Positions 1-13,230 of a DNA stretch of 64,000 bases are shown piece by piece. Each line of letters starts with the position of its first letter. Position 1 is the stretch's first letter. The notes under the pieces are model-generated. The model was not told the DNA's origin. It saw only the letters and a list, made by a program, of their open reading frames with translations, and made no database searches. The position numbers and the translations under genes are program-made. This DNA comes from Octopus vulgaris. Its lineage: Eukaryota. The stretch spans positions 41,602,001-41,666,000 of the forward strand of contig OX597824.1 of assembly GCA_951406725.2 (NCBI GenBank), read 5' to 3'.

Positions 1-790
1 GTTGCCTTCCCTTGGTGATGATGTTTCTTGCAGCTTTCCTGCTCCAGGGTGTGAGCAAGTGTTGCAAGCTCCCTATCATGGTGCCATTTATATCTGCCTT
101 GAGAAAGTGCTACTCTGCACCCTGCCAAGATGTGTGCTAGAGTACCCCTTTCTCCACAAAGTCTATGCAGCTGGTCATCCCTCAAACCCCATCTATGCAG
201 GTTTGTTGGCGTCGGGAGTATCATACACCGGCCGCGGCAGGAAAGAGATGCAAGAAGGTTTCAGCCTCCACAGGTCAGTCCATGTGAGCTTCCTATAAGG
301 GAGATCCCATTTAGTCCATGCACCCTGAGATACCAACTCCACAGCTCTTGGTTTTCTTCTTTCTTCCTCCTCGTACCGCACCGTTTCCTTGGTCATAGCC
401 CACCTCTCCCTGGTGTCTGCTTTCTTCTATTTTGGAAATAGGACGAACCAAGACCCTGGCGACTCCTGCATGTGACTCTAATGATGTTGCATAGCTCCAG
501 CATCCCTTCAGCCTGAGCGACTGCGGCGCTAGTTACCCACTTTCGCCCAGACCTTGTTGTAATACCTGCATGTTTGACAAGCACGTCCTTGGAGTCTCTG
601 TACATCATTACAACATTACATTTTGCTACTTCAAATTCCTGCACTACGGATGATAGGGGAAGTTGTAGCTGTCCCGATCTTATGTACAGACCCATTGAAG
701 TGAAGCTTGGGGGAACACCTAGCCATCTTCGGTATTTATTTATCTTCCTTTCCACCCTTTCCACATTTCTCATTGGAATAACATACAGCT
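1..790 (-). mobile_element. Decayed RLE-type non-LTR retrotransposon, HERO-like; C-terminal part of the ORF (post-RT region, CCHC knuckle, RHD motif), running off the window edge
   Basis: Frameshifted minus-strand ORFs 393-773 (RRWLGVPPSFTSMGLY...GRKW...RQGLG) and 193-396 (QGAWTKWD...LTWTDLW), continuing as NLHRWGL..HRLCGERGTLAHILAGCRVALSQGRYKWHHD. This is a CCHC knuckle with the first Cys lost, followed by an RHD-type motif. Clade assigned from recalled motifs. Confidence 0.8.
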
Positions 791-794
791 TCAG

Positions 795-1012
795 TGTCTG
801 TGTGTGTGTGTTCGTTTAGCACTCGTCATATCGCTTGACAACTGGTATTGGTTTGTTTACGTCTCCATAAACTAGTGGTTCGGCAAAAAGAAATCGATAG
901 AATAAGTGCCAGGCTTAAAAATTAGTACTGGGGTCGATTCGTTCGACTAAACCCTTCGCGGTAAGTGCCCCAGCATGACTGCAGTCCAAAATCTGGTACG
1001 AATAAAAGACAA
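795..1012 (+). mobile_element. SINE family B, 3' half
   Basis: Matches the 3' half of the full copy at 53731-54149 (gcttgacaac...gttcggcaaaa...ggggtcgat...cagcatg). Confidence 0.75.
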
Positions 1013-1429
1013 AATTCTTTTTTAATTCATTTGCACCTTACCCAATCTTTCATCTACGTTTGCCTTTCATTTCTTCCGATCTTTCACAGCCAAATTTTCT
1101 CTTTTTTTTTTCTTGTTCTGAAGTATAGAAAAGAGGTAGCGCTAGATTTGAAAACGGAACCGTTAAACAATAGTATTTAAATAAAACGGCTTACAATCTA
1201 AGGTTCTGCTAGGATTTAATTACAGAAACAAATTTTCAAATGAAATGCAACTGTTTTCTTGTTATTTATACCTAATTAAAGAACTGAAGAAATAAGTTCA
1301 AGATTTACTTTTGTTCTTCGGTCTAAATGTTTATTAGTGATCCCTGGACTGTTGGCCTTTCGCTAAATACTGAACTGATCAGTGTGACTTTCAAACTTGG
1401 TTGCCCTTCTGTTTTAGATATTCTTCTCT

Positions 1430-1476
1430 ATCTCTCTCGCTCTCTTTCATAAATGCACGCGCGTGGAGATACTCAT

Positions 1477-1521
<45 letters not shown>

Positions 1522-1584
1522 CACGCACATCCACCACCATCCCCACTTATACACACATACACATAGTTGACAAACCGGTATTTG

Positions 1585-1620
<36 letters not shown>

Positions 1621-1646
1621 CATATATGTATCTGCTCGTGTATGAA

Positions 1647-1738
<92 letters not shown>

Positions 1739-1771
1739 CATACTTACATACATACATACATACATACATAA

Positions 1772-1803
<32 letters not shown>

Positions 1804-1960
1804 CTCACACACATATAGACACACACACAGGCGCACATATATGCAGAGGCATGTTATTATGCATATGTGTGTGTATGTTTGTATAAGTTTATATGCGCGT
1901 GTGTGAATGTGTTTATGTATGTATGTATGTATGTTTATATACATATCATCTTTTATGTAT
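1430..1960. repeat. Compound microsatellite (CA)n/(TA)n/(TACA)n
   Basis: Directly visible. Confidence 0.95.
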
Positions 1961-2120
1961 GCGTGCAAATGTGCGTCTGTTTGCCTATGGCTGTAACCGA
2001 ACACACAAGCATAAATCCAGTCCAGGTAAAGGTGCAAGCGGCAAAGAAAGGAACAAAGAAACTAAAACCCTTTTCTCCTAAACGCTTTTCAACGCCATTT
2101 CCATCCCCTTGCTACAATAG

Positions 2121-2310
2121 ACCTTTTGCAATGTGTCTCCTACAACGCCCTCGTCGCTCCCTTTCGAATTTCTCCTCAGCCTACTCCTCCTGTTCTTCAT
2201 GTCCTTCACCCTCCTCCTACCATCCATCAATGCAGGCCGCTTTCCACCCGCGACGCCGGATTGTCTAGCATGGCGTGGTTTGTATCGGAGTCGAGTGGTA
2301 GGAGGCAAGG
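2121..2310 (+). CDS. Candidate internal exon of an unidentified host gene (190 nt)
   Basis: Unique GC-richer sequence with a pyrimidine-rich acceptor (catttccatccccttgctacaatag|) and a donor AGG|GTATGT. Two of three frames are open across it. No recognisable domain. Confidence 0.3.
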
Positions 2311-2442
2311 GTATGTAGGTGATACCCGTATGTGCACGCGCGCGAGTTGTAGTTGTGTGTGTTTGTTTGTGTATACCCTCTATGTGGTGTTTCGGGTATG
2401 GAACTGAAGAAAAGAGGAAAAACACGTTTAACTCTCGTATAT

Positions 2443-3308
<866 letters not shown>

Positions 3309-3394
3309 ATATATATATGTTTGCATGTATATGGGTGTATATAAAAACGTATCTACATGCACCGACATAGCATTTTAAATATACTTAAAATATT

Positions 3395-3520
3395 GGTTTC
3401 AAATTTCGGCACAGAGCCAACAGCTTCTTAGGGGAGGAGTAAGTCGATTACATCGACCCCAGTATTTAACTGGTACTTATTTTATCAATCGAATGGATAA
3501 AAAGCAAAGTCAGCCTTGGT
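3395..3520 (-). mobile_element. SINE family A, degenerate 3' part
   Basis: aagtcgattacatcgacccc...tggtacttattttatc motif. Confidence 0.7.
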
Positions 3521-3638
3521 CTGGGCTGTCAGGATTTGTCTTTTGCATCTCTTGTGCATATAATATAAAAAAAAACTTGGAATCCCTTGGATCTTCCATC
3601 ACGTTATCTTGCCGTTGAATTCCGGCGTACGGATATAA

Positions 3639-3734
3639 GGTCTCTTACAGCTGTTTCTGGAATACCTGATCAAGTGGATCTCGTTAATGTGAAGAGAATT
3701 CACGTAATCCAAATATCTCGACATCGGGAAGACC
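3639..3734 (-). ncRNA. Degenerate hammerhead ribozyme relic with long stem II, PLE-repeat type
   Basis: Minus strand reads ggtcttc-CCGATGT...GAAAC-AGCT-GTA-agagacc. The 3' half of the core is perfect; the 5' core is mutated. Confidence 0.4.
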
Positions 3735-3967
3735 AAGGTAAAACAGTATAGAAAGACAGATCCTTAATTAGTTAGAATGAGTGACAACTGCATTATGTAA
3801 TTCCATGATTAAATAATTAATGGATTAATGAAGTCTTAGACTTAAGGAAATCCTTTAAAGTCCGTTGGTGGTCTCCGTATGTGTATGTTTTATTTCAGCA
3901 GGCAAGTTCTTCGATTGGTAAAAAGCGAAAATGATCCATAGCAGAAATATGTAAGTTAATAGATGTA

Positions 3968-4776
3968 TTGGGTTGTCCGGAAAGTTCGTGCCGATTTTTA
4001 AAGGAAAGAAAAAGGTCGATGAATACTTGCCATTACATTTTTAATCAACCAAATATGAACTATTTCGTTGCACAATGCGTCTCCATCTTTCCTTTAACTT
4101 GAAAATACCCTCTTCCCAGAATTGAGGTGGTTTCATGGCAAAGAATTCATCAAGGTATCGTTTTACGCCATCCAAGGAATTGAAATTTTTACCATTAAGA
4201 CCATTCTGCAGAGACCTGAATAAAGGGAAATCCGAAGGAGCAATATCTGGTGAATATGGAGGGTGGGGTAACACATTCCAGCCGAGCTGCAGCAATTTTT
4301 GTCTGGTTCCCAAAGCTAAGACCATTCTGCAGAAACCTGAATAAGAGGAAATCCGAAGGAGCAATATCTGGTGAATATGGAAGGTGGGGTAACACATCCC
4401 AGCCGAGCTGCAGCAATTTTTGTCTGGTTCCCAAAGCTAAGACCATTCTGCAGAGACCTGAATAAGGGGAAATCCGAAGGAGCAATATCTGGTGAATATG
4501 GAGGGTGGGGTAACACATTCCAGCCGAGCTGCAGCAATTTTTGTCTGGTTCTCAAAGCATCAAGTGCCGAAAATGAACTTTCTTATCTTCCATTTTAAAG
4601 GGTTACAGAATAAACACAGTTTATAGAAACATAAACCTTCTTCCTCGAAAAGATAGCTTAAATTGTGCTCTAAATGGAGGTGTAATCAAATCTTATTTTA
4701 TTGGACTCAACCATGTTCTAAAATAAGTCGAAAAGTAAGCTGCTATAAATCGGCACGAACTTTCCGGACAACCCAA
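3968..4776 (-). mobile_element. Internally deleted mariner element carrying an internal 121-bp triplication
   Basis: About 30-bp TIRs (ttgggttgtccggaaagttcgtgccgattt / aaatcggcacgaactttccggacaacccaa) flanked by TA. ATG at 4593 gives MEDKKVHFRHLML, joined (with a frameshift) to the C-terminus LPHPPYSPDIAPSDF...GIFKLKERWRRIVQRNSSY. Confidence 0.95.
4196..4557. repeat. Three tandem 121-bp units spanning the mariner YSPDIAPSD motif
   Basis: taagaccattctgcag recurs at 4196, 4317 and 4438. Confidence 0.95.
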
Positions 4777-5058
4777 TATTTTGAAATCGAAAGAAAAAAG
4801 TTTAAGTTGAATAATTTATTCCAATCCTAGGTAATGACCGAATATGCTCCTTGTAGATTTAAGAAATTTACTGCAATGTGAGGAAAAGACAGCATAAAAC
4901 CAGAATAAGATTAAATACATACTAATCAATAAAGATATGAGGACGCGAGGATGTGTGTGTTGATATATATACGCACGTTTGTAGAGCCTAATTATTGTAG
5001 CTCTGATATATACATATTAAAGACTAAGAGAGGGATATGTATGTATGTACGTATGTAT

Positions 5059-5215
5059 GTGTCTATAAAAGGTGTATATTGACTGCACTTCTTTATTCGA
5101 GTGAAGCGTGGACGACTCATAGGCGTAATATGAAAATGCTGGAGAGGTTTCACCAAATATGCCTCAGATGTATTTTGGGGGATCAAGTGGGAATGTTTCA
5201 TGCCATATACAGAAG
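5059..5215 (+). mobile_element. RTE-clade LINE fragment (post-RT region)
   Basis: VYKRCILTALLYSSEAWTTHRRNMKMLERFHQICLRCILG matches the RTE/BovB-type LLYGSEAW...LERFHQRCLR motif. Confidence 0.8.
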
Positions 5216-5285
5216 TTTGCGACCAAAGCCGACCAAAGCCTTGTGAGGTGATGTGGTCGACTGAAACTGAAAGAAGCCCGTCGTA

Positions 5286-5361
<76 letters not shown>

Positions 5362-5420
5362 TGTGTGTGTGTATGCGGTGCTCCAGCATGGACACAATCT
5401 AATGACTGAAACAAATAAAA

Positions 5421-5421
<1 letters not shown>
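5215..5421 (+). mobile_element. SINE family B, truncated and internally deleted
   Basis: gccgaccaaagccttgtgag...gaaagaagcccgtcgt, then (TA)/(TG), then gcggtgctccagcatgg...gactgaaacaaataaaag. Confidence 0.8.
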
Positions 5422-5466
<45 letters not shown>

Positions 5467-5861
5467 CTTATAGAGACACGCTGTAATAAAGCTAATGCCT
5501 ACTCCTGAGAGTAACACCTTAACTACTCTTTGTAAGGCATTCCCTTCAAAAGTGCTTCAGAGTGAAAGAATTATGAATCATTTTAAATAGTGACACGTCT
5601 TTCAAGTGAGGGAATATACAGAAGGGGCTAACAGGTATACGCAATAGGAGACATAACTATGACCGTCACTTAGAATCGAGGCTGACTTCGTTGGATGTGC
5701 CATGCTTTTGCTGTTTCAGGTACCTTTGTAGTTGCAGATCTAAAAAGAACTTTCGAAGTTATGGAACATTGAGGACGTGACGGGTAGAGGGAAAAAGGGT
5801 AGTACACAGCCGTCGGTAGTCACTTCGACTTAGTAGATTCGACTTCTATTTCTATTGGCTG

Positions 5862-6505
5862 GAGCTGGCAGAAACGTTAGCGCGCCGGGCGAAATGCTTA
5901 GCGGTATTTCGTCTGCCGTTACGTTCTGAGTTCAAATTCCGCCGAGGTCGACTTTGCCTTTCATCCTTTCGGGGTCGATAAATTAAGTACCAGTTACGCA
6001 CTGAGGTCGATGAAATCGTCTTAATCGCTTCGCTTTGTCTGTCGTTGTTTGTCCACTCTATGTTTAGCCCCTTTACTCTTTTACTCTTTTACTTGTTTCA
6101 GTCATTTGACTGCGGCCATGCTGGAGCACCGCCTTTAGTCGAACAAATCGACCCTGGGACTTATTCTTTGTAAGCCCAGTACTTATTCTATCGGTCTCTT
6201 TTTTGCCGAACCGCTAAGTGACGGGGACATAAACACACCAGCATCGGTTGTCAAGCAATGCTAGGGGGACAAACACAGACACACACACACACGTACATAT
6301 ATATATACATATATACGACGGGCTTCTTTCAGTTTCCGTCTACCAAATCCACTCACAAGGCATTGGTCGGCCCGAGGCTATAGCAGAAGACACTTGCCCA
6401 AGATGCCACGCAGTGGGATTGAACCCGGAACCATGTGGTTGGTTAGCAAGCTACTTACCACACAGCCACTCCTACGCCTACGCCCTTGTGGGCAATAAAC
6501 AAATA
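5862..6505 (+). mobile_element. SINE family A (long tail), interrupted by a family B copy
   Basis: A-box-like gagctggcagaaacgttag and B box gttcaaattcc. 18-bp TSD tatttcta(t/g)t(g/a)gctggag at 5847-5864 and 6506-6523. Confidence 0.9.
6072..6480 (-). mobile_element. SINE family B, full length, nested in the tail of the family A copy
   Basis: Splits the A tail agcccc|ttgtggg; complete head and tail. Confidence 0.9.
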
Positions 6506-6539
6506 TATTTCTAGTAGCTGGAGTGAGCGTGAAGAAAAA

Positions 6540-6745
6540 GCTCCTTCATTGATCGTGGCATTCCAGCTGTGACTATGCCGTAATTTTTTATTTCAAACAT
6601 ACCACATTAAGGTGTGCGCTGTGCAAGCTTGCATTTCAGTTTTTTTCTTTATCGTTCTGAGAATTTAAGCTGTGATATGAGGATGATTTGACTTGCTATT
6701 TCTAGCAGATCAATTGACCACGTAGAATGAATCTCCCTCATGGTA
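6540..6745 (+). repeat. Old dispersed repeat D; further copies at about 12050-12460(-), 21840-22045, 23175-23420, 32790-32930, 34320-34410(-) and 50715-51290
   Basis: Recurrent motifs ggcattccagctgtgaccatc and gatttggctgctatttctagca. Confidence 0.7.
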
Positions 6746-7074
6746 GTGGTGCCGGTGGTGCAGTATTTCATACGATAATGATATTTTTTCTTTGATGATG
6801 ATTGTGATGATTATGATGATTATGCTATCGTTGTCGTTGTTATTGTTGTTGGAGGTGGTGGTGGTGGTAGCGAGGATTGTCGTAACGGTGATTGGGTTGG
6901 GCTGGGGGTGAGGATAGCGTTGTGTCAGGTGCTGTGAGAAGCCTAATAAGACCGTAAAGAATTACTCTGAGAATGGAAAAATAGATCTAGACCGGCTTCA
7001 TTGATATATAAGAGACAGATGTGGATGTATAGTGCTTGGATCTGATTATGTCAGCGACTCTTATGGGAGGAACG

Positions 7075-7551
<477 letters not shown>

Positions 7552-8192
7552 TATACACAAAGGTTTACAGATAGATAGATTGATAAATAGAACGCTAGAT
7601 AGCGTTTGTTGGTAGAAGCAGCAAAAATGTACTCAATCCAACGAGATATAAATATATTTTAATGAATACAGAAGTTATAGGTAAGCTATTTGAAGTTTCA
7701 TGTTTGGATACGCAGTAAAGATACCGATGTGTATTGTGTACCGTTCACGGTCTGGTAAGCGGTTAGGCTCAGATTCCATAGCTAATCCATGACAAAATGC
7801 GAAGCAAAACAACGATAATGAAGATTAGGGAAAAAACCCAGTGGAAAACGTTAAGGTAAAGATATAACAAGATATATGTATAAGCATATATATGCACATA
7901 TATGTATACATACATACATAATACATACACACACACACATATATATATATACGTAAAACATTTAGGTAGCGAATATGTTTAGAAATTACACTACCAGTGG
8001 CCTGGCATGTATAAAAAGTCAATAAACAACATATTCTGAATATAAAGTACTGTGCATTTAAACACAAGAGAAATGACCTTTAACAGGTAATTTTACATGC
8101 TAAAAGAAGCAGTCAAAACGACCAAAACCACATTTAAGAGAAATTTCGATGGGAATGAAAAATAAAAACTTTTACCTTGTTATTTTTTTACT

Positions 8193-8260
8193 GTTATACC
8201 TAAGTTTCGAATGTTTTTAGCAAATAAAACAATTTGCTTGGCGAAATCCTCGTCAGTAAC
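8193..8260 (-). ncRNA. Type I hammerhead ribozyme motif with intact core
   Basis: Minus strand: gtta-CTGACGA-ggat..agcaaat-tgtttt-atttgct..attc-GAAAC-TTAG-GTA-taac. Stem I gtta/taac, G10.1-C11.1 pair, GUA cleavage triplet. Confidence 0.75.
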
Positions 8261-8589
8261 CGCGGAAAGTTTATACAAACATTTTTCATCCATTATATTT
8301 AAAGCAGCATTGAAGCTAAAACCACCCCACATCCTGATAATAAGGCTGAGATAACTTAGAAACGTTGATAGCAATGAATTTGTGAATTTTATTGTTTCAA
8401 ACAAACTTCAAGTGTCGGATATAAGAAAATATAAGAAAATATTTTAATATGATATTACACTAAAACATAGTCATGTTCTCAATAGAACACGTTTAAAAAA
8501 TGCTGTTCATTATATATATATATATGGTGTCCTGTACCCATATATGCATGCATATATACATGTACACACACACACACATACAAGATGGA

Positions 8590-8862
8590 CTCTGTCGTCG
8601 ACGACGTATGAGCGTTCAGCATTTGCCGAACGACCTGCACAAATTATTTGTTTATTGTAATCAAATAATCGTGCCGCACATTAGCTCACTCTCTCTCTCC
8701 ATCAAACCAACGTTGTCTGAACGAGTGCATTGTGTACTACGTGTCAGAGCATCGTGCGGTGAAGTATTTTGCTGAAGAACACAACGCACTACCTGGTCTA
8801 ATAACTGAAATCGCGATCTAGCGATTGTGAGTGCAACACCCTAACCACTAAGCCATGCGCTC
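8590..8862 (-). mobile_element. SINE family C, degenerate
   Basis: aaccctaaccactaagccatgcgc head and gaagaacacaacgca core. Confidence 0.7.
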
Positions 8863-8997
8863 TCAAAAACACACAGACAAATACGCGCGTTTGCGTGTGT
8901 GTTGCTTTATCTTACTGACGGTGCTTCAGCTTGGCTACAGCCTTTTGGTTGAAACATATAAAAGAACAATACATACATACATACATACATACATACA

Positions 8998-9029
<32 letters not shown>

Positions 9030-9033
9030 ACTC

Positions 9034-9081
9034 GTCTCTGACGATGGGATGTCATTTATTTCCCTGAAACAGCTGTAAGAC
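9034..9081 (+). ncRNA. Minimal type I hammerhead ribozyme motif
   Basis: gtct-CTGACGA-tggga-tgtcatttatt-tccct-GAAAC-AGCT-GTA-agac. Stem I gtct/agac, stem II ggga/tccc, palindromic stem III. Confidence 0.85.
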
Positions 9082-9131
9082 CACCTTTCTCTTTATAAAT
9101 GTCCTAGAAATATCACATTTTATTTAACACA

Positions 9132-9178
<47 letters not shown>

Positions 9179-9627
9179 GCATTTGAATTTATAAACAGAA
9201 TTGTTAGTTGTTTCCAATTACTGTACAGGTGCTGTGGTTATCATATAGCCATAGTTGCACACCTCGTGCAGGTCGATATGTATAGGTGTGTGTGTATGTA
9301 TGTATGCGCATGTATGCGTTTAACGATATGTGTGCAATTAATATTGCCAAACCATGCTGTATCACACAAACATACAGGCGCATACAGACATATATACTAA
9401 CACAAAAATAAATAACAGGTGAGTGACCGAAAAATTGTTGAACAAATGTTACTTCATTAACAGTTGGTCAGGCTAATTAACCAATTTATTGTATTCTCAT
9501 TTGTAATATATGCAAAGCAGCTGATTAGTAGTAAACAGACCTATGGTTCGAAACAATAAATAAGTAATTAAAATAAGCGTAACATTCCGGCTTTTATTTT
9601 TCAAGTATAGTATATCTAAGGCTACGA

Positions 9628-10062
<435 letters not shown>

Positions 10063-10091
10063 ATATATATATATATATATCTATCTATCTA

Positions 10092-10127
<36 letters not shown>

Positions 10128-10133
<6 letters not shown>

Positions 10134-10830
10134 GATACCCCGGCATTGCCCGTGTCACATGGAATTGAAGAATTAGACTTTCTTTTTATATTTTCTCTAT
10201 GATTCGAATTTCATCAAAATTTTAATGAGGGTTCTTTCCCTCTTTATACTCCCTAACAAAAATTCTAATCGTGACATATTTATCCCATACTACTCATCCT
10301 TATGCCCAGTTTCCAAAACCCATTCAAAGGTTTTTGATCCTGAAAAATGGAGCTTATGGAGGACATGGAGCTCTAAAATGTGGGACTTAAGGCCCTATCA
10401 GAGGAGGTACTAAAGTCAACCAGAGAAGTTGAATTGTTGGCAATATTTTTAAACTTGTGTCTTATATATATTGTTCAATCTTTTTTAAAGTCGGAAATAT
10501 ATGAATGTTCACTGGGTTTGTAAAAGAGAGCAAAGCTAGAGGAAACCAAAAGACAAATGATCACAGTAAGCAGTCAGCTACCCTACACACGTCGTTACCA
10601 CTCCCCCGTGTAGGATTCCTCACCATACAGCTGACCGGCACAGCCGTAAGATGCATTACAGATCTATAGCAATTGGAAGGGCGTGACCCATCTCAAATAA
10701 ACATTAATAAGTGTGTGACGTGAGGGTTAAAGTGAAATGAGAGTGTCACCTTTGGAGTTTGCCAATGATCACTATGCCGATAGGTAACTGAACAGAATAC
10801 ATTTTGTAATTTATAAATCTCTTTGAATTA
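10128..10830. mobile_element. Possible non-autonomous Helitron-like element
   Basis: Begins at a (TA)n with tacagagataccccggcattgcccg, which resembles recalled non-autonomous Helitron termini. The other end is not defined. Confidence 0.25.
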
Positions 10831-11205
10831 ACAATCACTTATCTGGAAAGGCCGTGAAATCAATGTTACTATCTGGGGACTATCTCTGGCCCAGTGATAA
10901 TAAAAAGATTCAAAGGAGGTCTGCAACCAAATAACTTTACTCAAAATAACACTTTGCAACAGAATTAGTGGAGGCAAAGATGCCTCTCCTTTACTTGACA
11001 ATTTAAGCACCGCATTGTAGAAATCACAATTTAAGTATATCTCAAGCAAACTCTTACACCGTTGTGACAGATTTTTAATGTCGGTTAACGGACATATAAC
11101 AATTCAGCCGACAAATCTGTAGTGATATGCCTGATGAGACTCAGACTGATGGATCGAAACATATGTTTTATCCAATAAAGATTTAATAACAAATCCATCT
11201 CCCTT

Positions 11206-11210
<5 letters not shown>
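10830..11210 (+). mobile_element. Penelope-like element 3' end (decayed C-terminus, HHR motif, AATAAA)
   Basis: Degenerate translation (C..LVEAKMPLL...ISSKLLHRCDRFLMS) resembles PLE C-termini (CxLCxxEK...SKCRHxNKFLL). Followed by CTGATGAG...CGAAACATATGTT at 11131-11167, AATAAA at 11174-11179, then (TA)n. Confidence 0.55.
11124..11173 (+). ncRNA. Hammerhead motif with intact core and damaged stems I/II
   Basis: CTGATGA-gactcagactgatggatc-GAAAC-ATAT-GTT; palindromic stem III aacatatgtt. Confidence 0.55.
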
Positions 11211-11282
<72 letters not shown>

Positions 11283-11399
11283 ATAATATATTTATATGCA
11301 TGTTTACAATATATGTATGGTATGTCTATAAGCATACTCATTCACAGACAGTATAGTATATAAGAACGACCCATCCAATCCAACCACTAGAAAAGTGTC

Positions 11400-11600
11400 C
11401 GAAAGTTAAAAATAATCTGACTCAATTCTCCATTCATTTTCACTAATCGTTGTTAGGAGATTCCTGATGCTAACTGAAAGGTATTTCCCCAAAACCTATA
11501 GATATTATAATCTCTTTAATGCTCATAATGTCAAAGTCAGCTACACCTGTTTAGACAACATTGCTTCAAATATCACACGCGACATTAGGCGCAAACACAC
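11400..11600 (+). mobile_element. Penelope-like element fragment (RT to GIY-YIG linker)
   Basis: KII*LNSPF...RRFLMLTERYFPKTYRYYNLFNAHNVKVSYTCLDNIASNIT matches the PLE motif KIIWFNPPF...KHFP..IFNRNTVKVSYSCMPNI. Confidence 0.8.
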
Positions 11601-13123
11601 ATCTACACAGCCTTCCATCACTTTACATTTTCTTTCACCTTTTAGAGTTGATGCAAAATCACCAGTTTCAATCAAGTAATGGAGGTTGATTTAATCTATA
11701 ATAAATTAGAAGCTGTATGTCCTTAAGGAGCCCATTATTGTTTTCCGCTTCATTCTGGAAACTCCTACGATCCACTGGTGCCAAGGCGTATTGGTTGTTA
11801 ACTTGACCCCAGATAACATCGATATATTTGGAAGAATGAAGACCTATTGCATGGGCAACTTGCTGATCATATCTTCCATACATCCTTTCTCAGGTTAACA
11901 CTCAGAAAAGACATTCCAGACTAGTCTCACCACACTAAACTCTGCCAAGATAGACTTCAGCAAGATGTTCCAGATGTAGATCCATGGATGCCTCATGAGG
12001 CATACAGATGCTGAGAAGAAGAATAAAAGAAGAGACGAGGTATCTATAACCATGGTTTTGATCACCTGTGGTTAAACAACAATGACAACAACCACAGACG
12101 CTTGAAGCCAATAAGGAAAACTATTAAATTCATCGACTAGTTATAAATAGCAGCCAAATCTCTGGAAGCCCCGTTCCACCCTCTTGATAAAATATATGTA
12201 TGGTCACGACTGGCATACCTTTGATCATAATTCTGTGTGGATGAGAACAACGCTTGGGTTAATAAGCACAACAGCTAAGAGGGCATTGTCTATGTAGTAA
12301 ACTAATTGCTAGAAATAGCAGCAAAAATGTTCACACTCTTAAATCATCATAAAGAGGGAGGACACATTAAATACTGTAGTTCAAGATCTCTAGGGGAAAA
12401 ATAACCAGATCCTCGTTACTGGAACAATTTCGATCATAAGCTTGCAAGCTGCACGATTAAGGCTTGCAGGGAATTGCAGAAAAAAACTAAAAAACGCAAA
12501 AGCAAAATAAAAAAAAAACAAACGAGAAAAAAACAAGGACAACAAGGGCAGAGAAATTGAACTAATTGCTCTGGATCGGCTAACAGTGCTCAGTTGTGTC
12601 TTTAGAGATTCACATTTCCTGTATCGCTTTAAACTCGCCATGTCACTTCCTCTTTTTCTACAGCTCTCTGTCTCTGTGTCTCTCTGTTTCTCATTCTCTC
12701 TTTATCGTTTTCTTTTATGCCTACTCAGTTACTTCGTCGACATTCTTTATTTCGTTCAACATTCAACAATTTTCTCTCTACTTCACTTAGTTATTCTCAA
12801 TTCTCTCTCTTCAAATATGTGTCTAAATCTCTCTCTCACCTCTCACTCCCAGTTTCCCCTCTGTCGTTTTCTGTCATTCTTGTTTTTCTTCAATACTGGA
12901 ATTAATTTTTTTCAATTTTTTTATCGTTTCATCTCTCCATCATTCACCATCCTCCCTCATGTTTACCTTCTTTCAAAGCATTTTTCTATCTCCTTTTACT
13001 CTCATTCAATCGCCCACTTACCAAAATTTCTTCACGTTACAATTATCTTCTTTGCCTCTATGTATGTATGTATGTATGTATGTATGTATGTATGTATGTA
13101 TGTATGTATGTATGTATGTATGT

Positions 13124-13230
13124 ATGTGTAGATCTTTAGCTGGGCTAAAAAGTCACATTCGATCACAGCACCAGTAACAATTAAGCTTCGTGCAATGGCC
13201 ATACTCGATAACGAGGGGGCAGCCATAATG
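13124..13230 (+). mobile_element. RTE-type LINE extreme 3' end
   Basis: CRSLAGLKSHIRSQH (partial C2H2 motif), short 3' UTR, (TATG) tail. Confidence 0.65.

Noticed and set aside
8180-8404. 74-aa minus-strand ORF with a nearby GT donor
   Set aside because: The stop precedes the donor, there is no recognisable domain, and the hammerhead-bearing repeat module explains the region better.
11700-12035. Possible LINE remnants (also 15670-15890, 37540-37625 and 61230-61790)
   Set aside because: Too degenerate to assign diagnostic motifs by eye.
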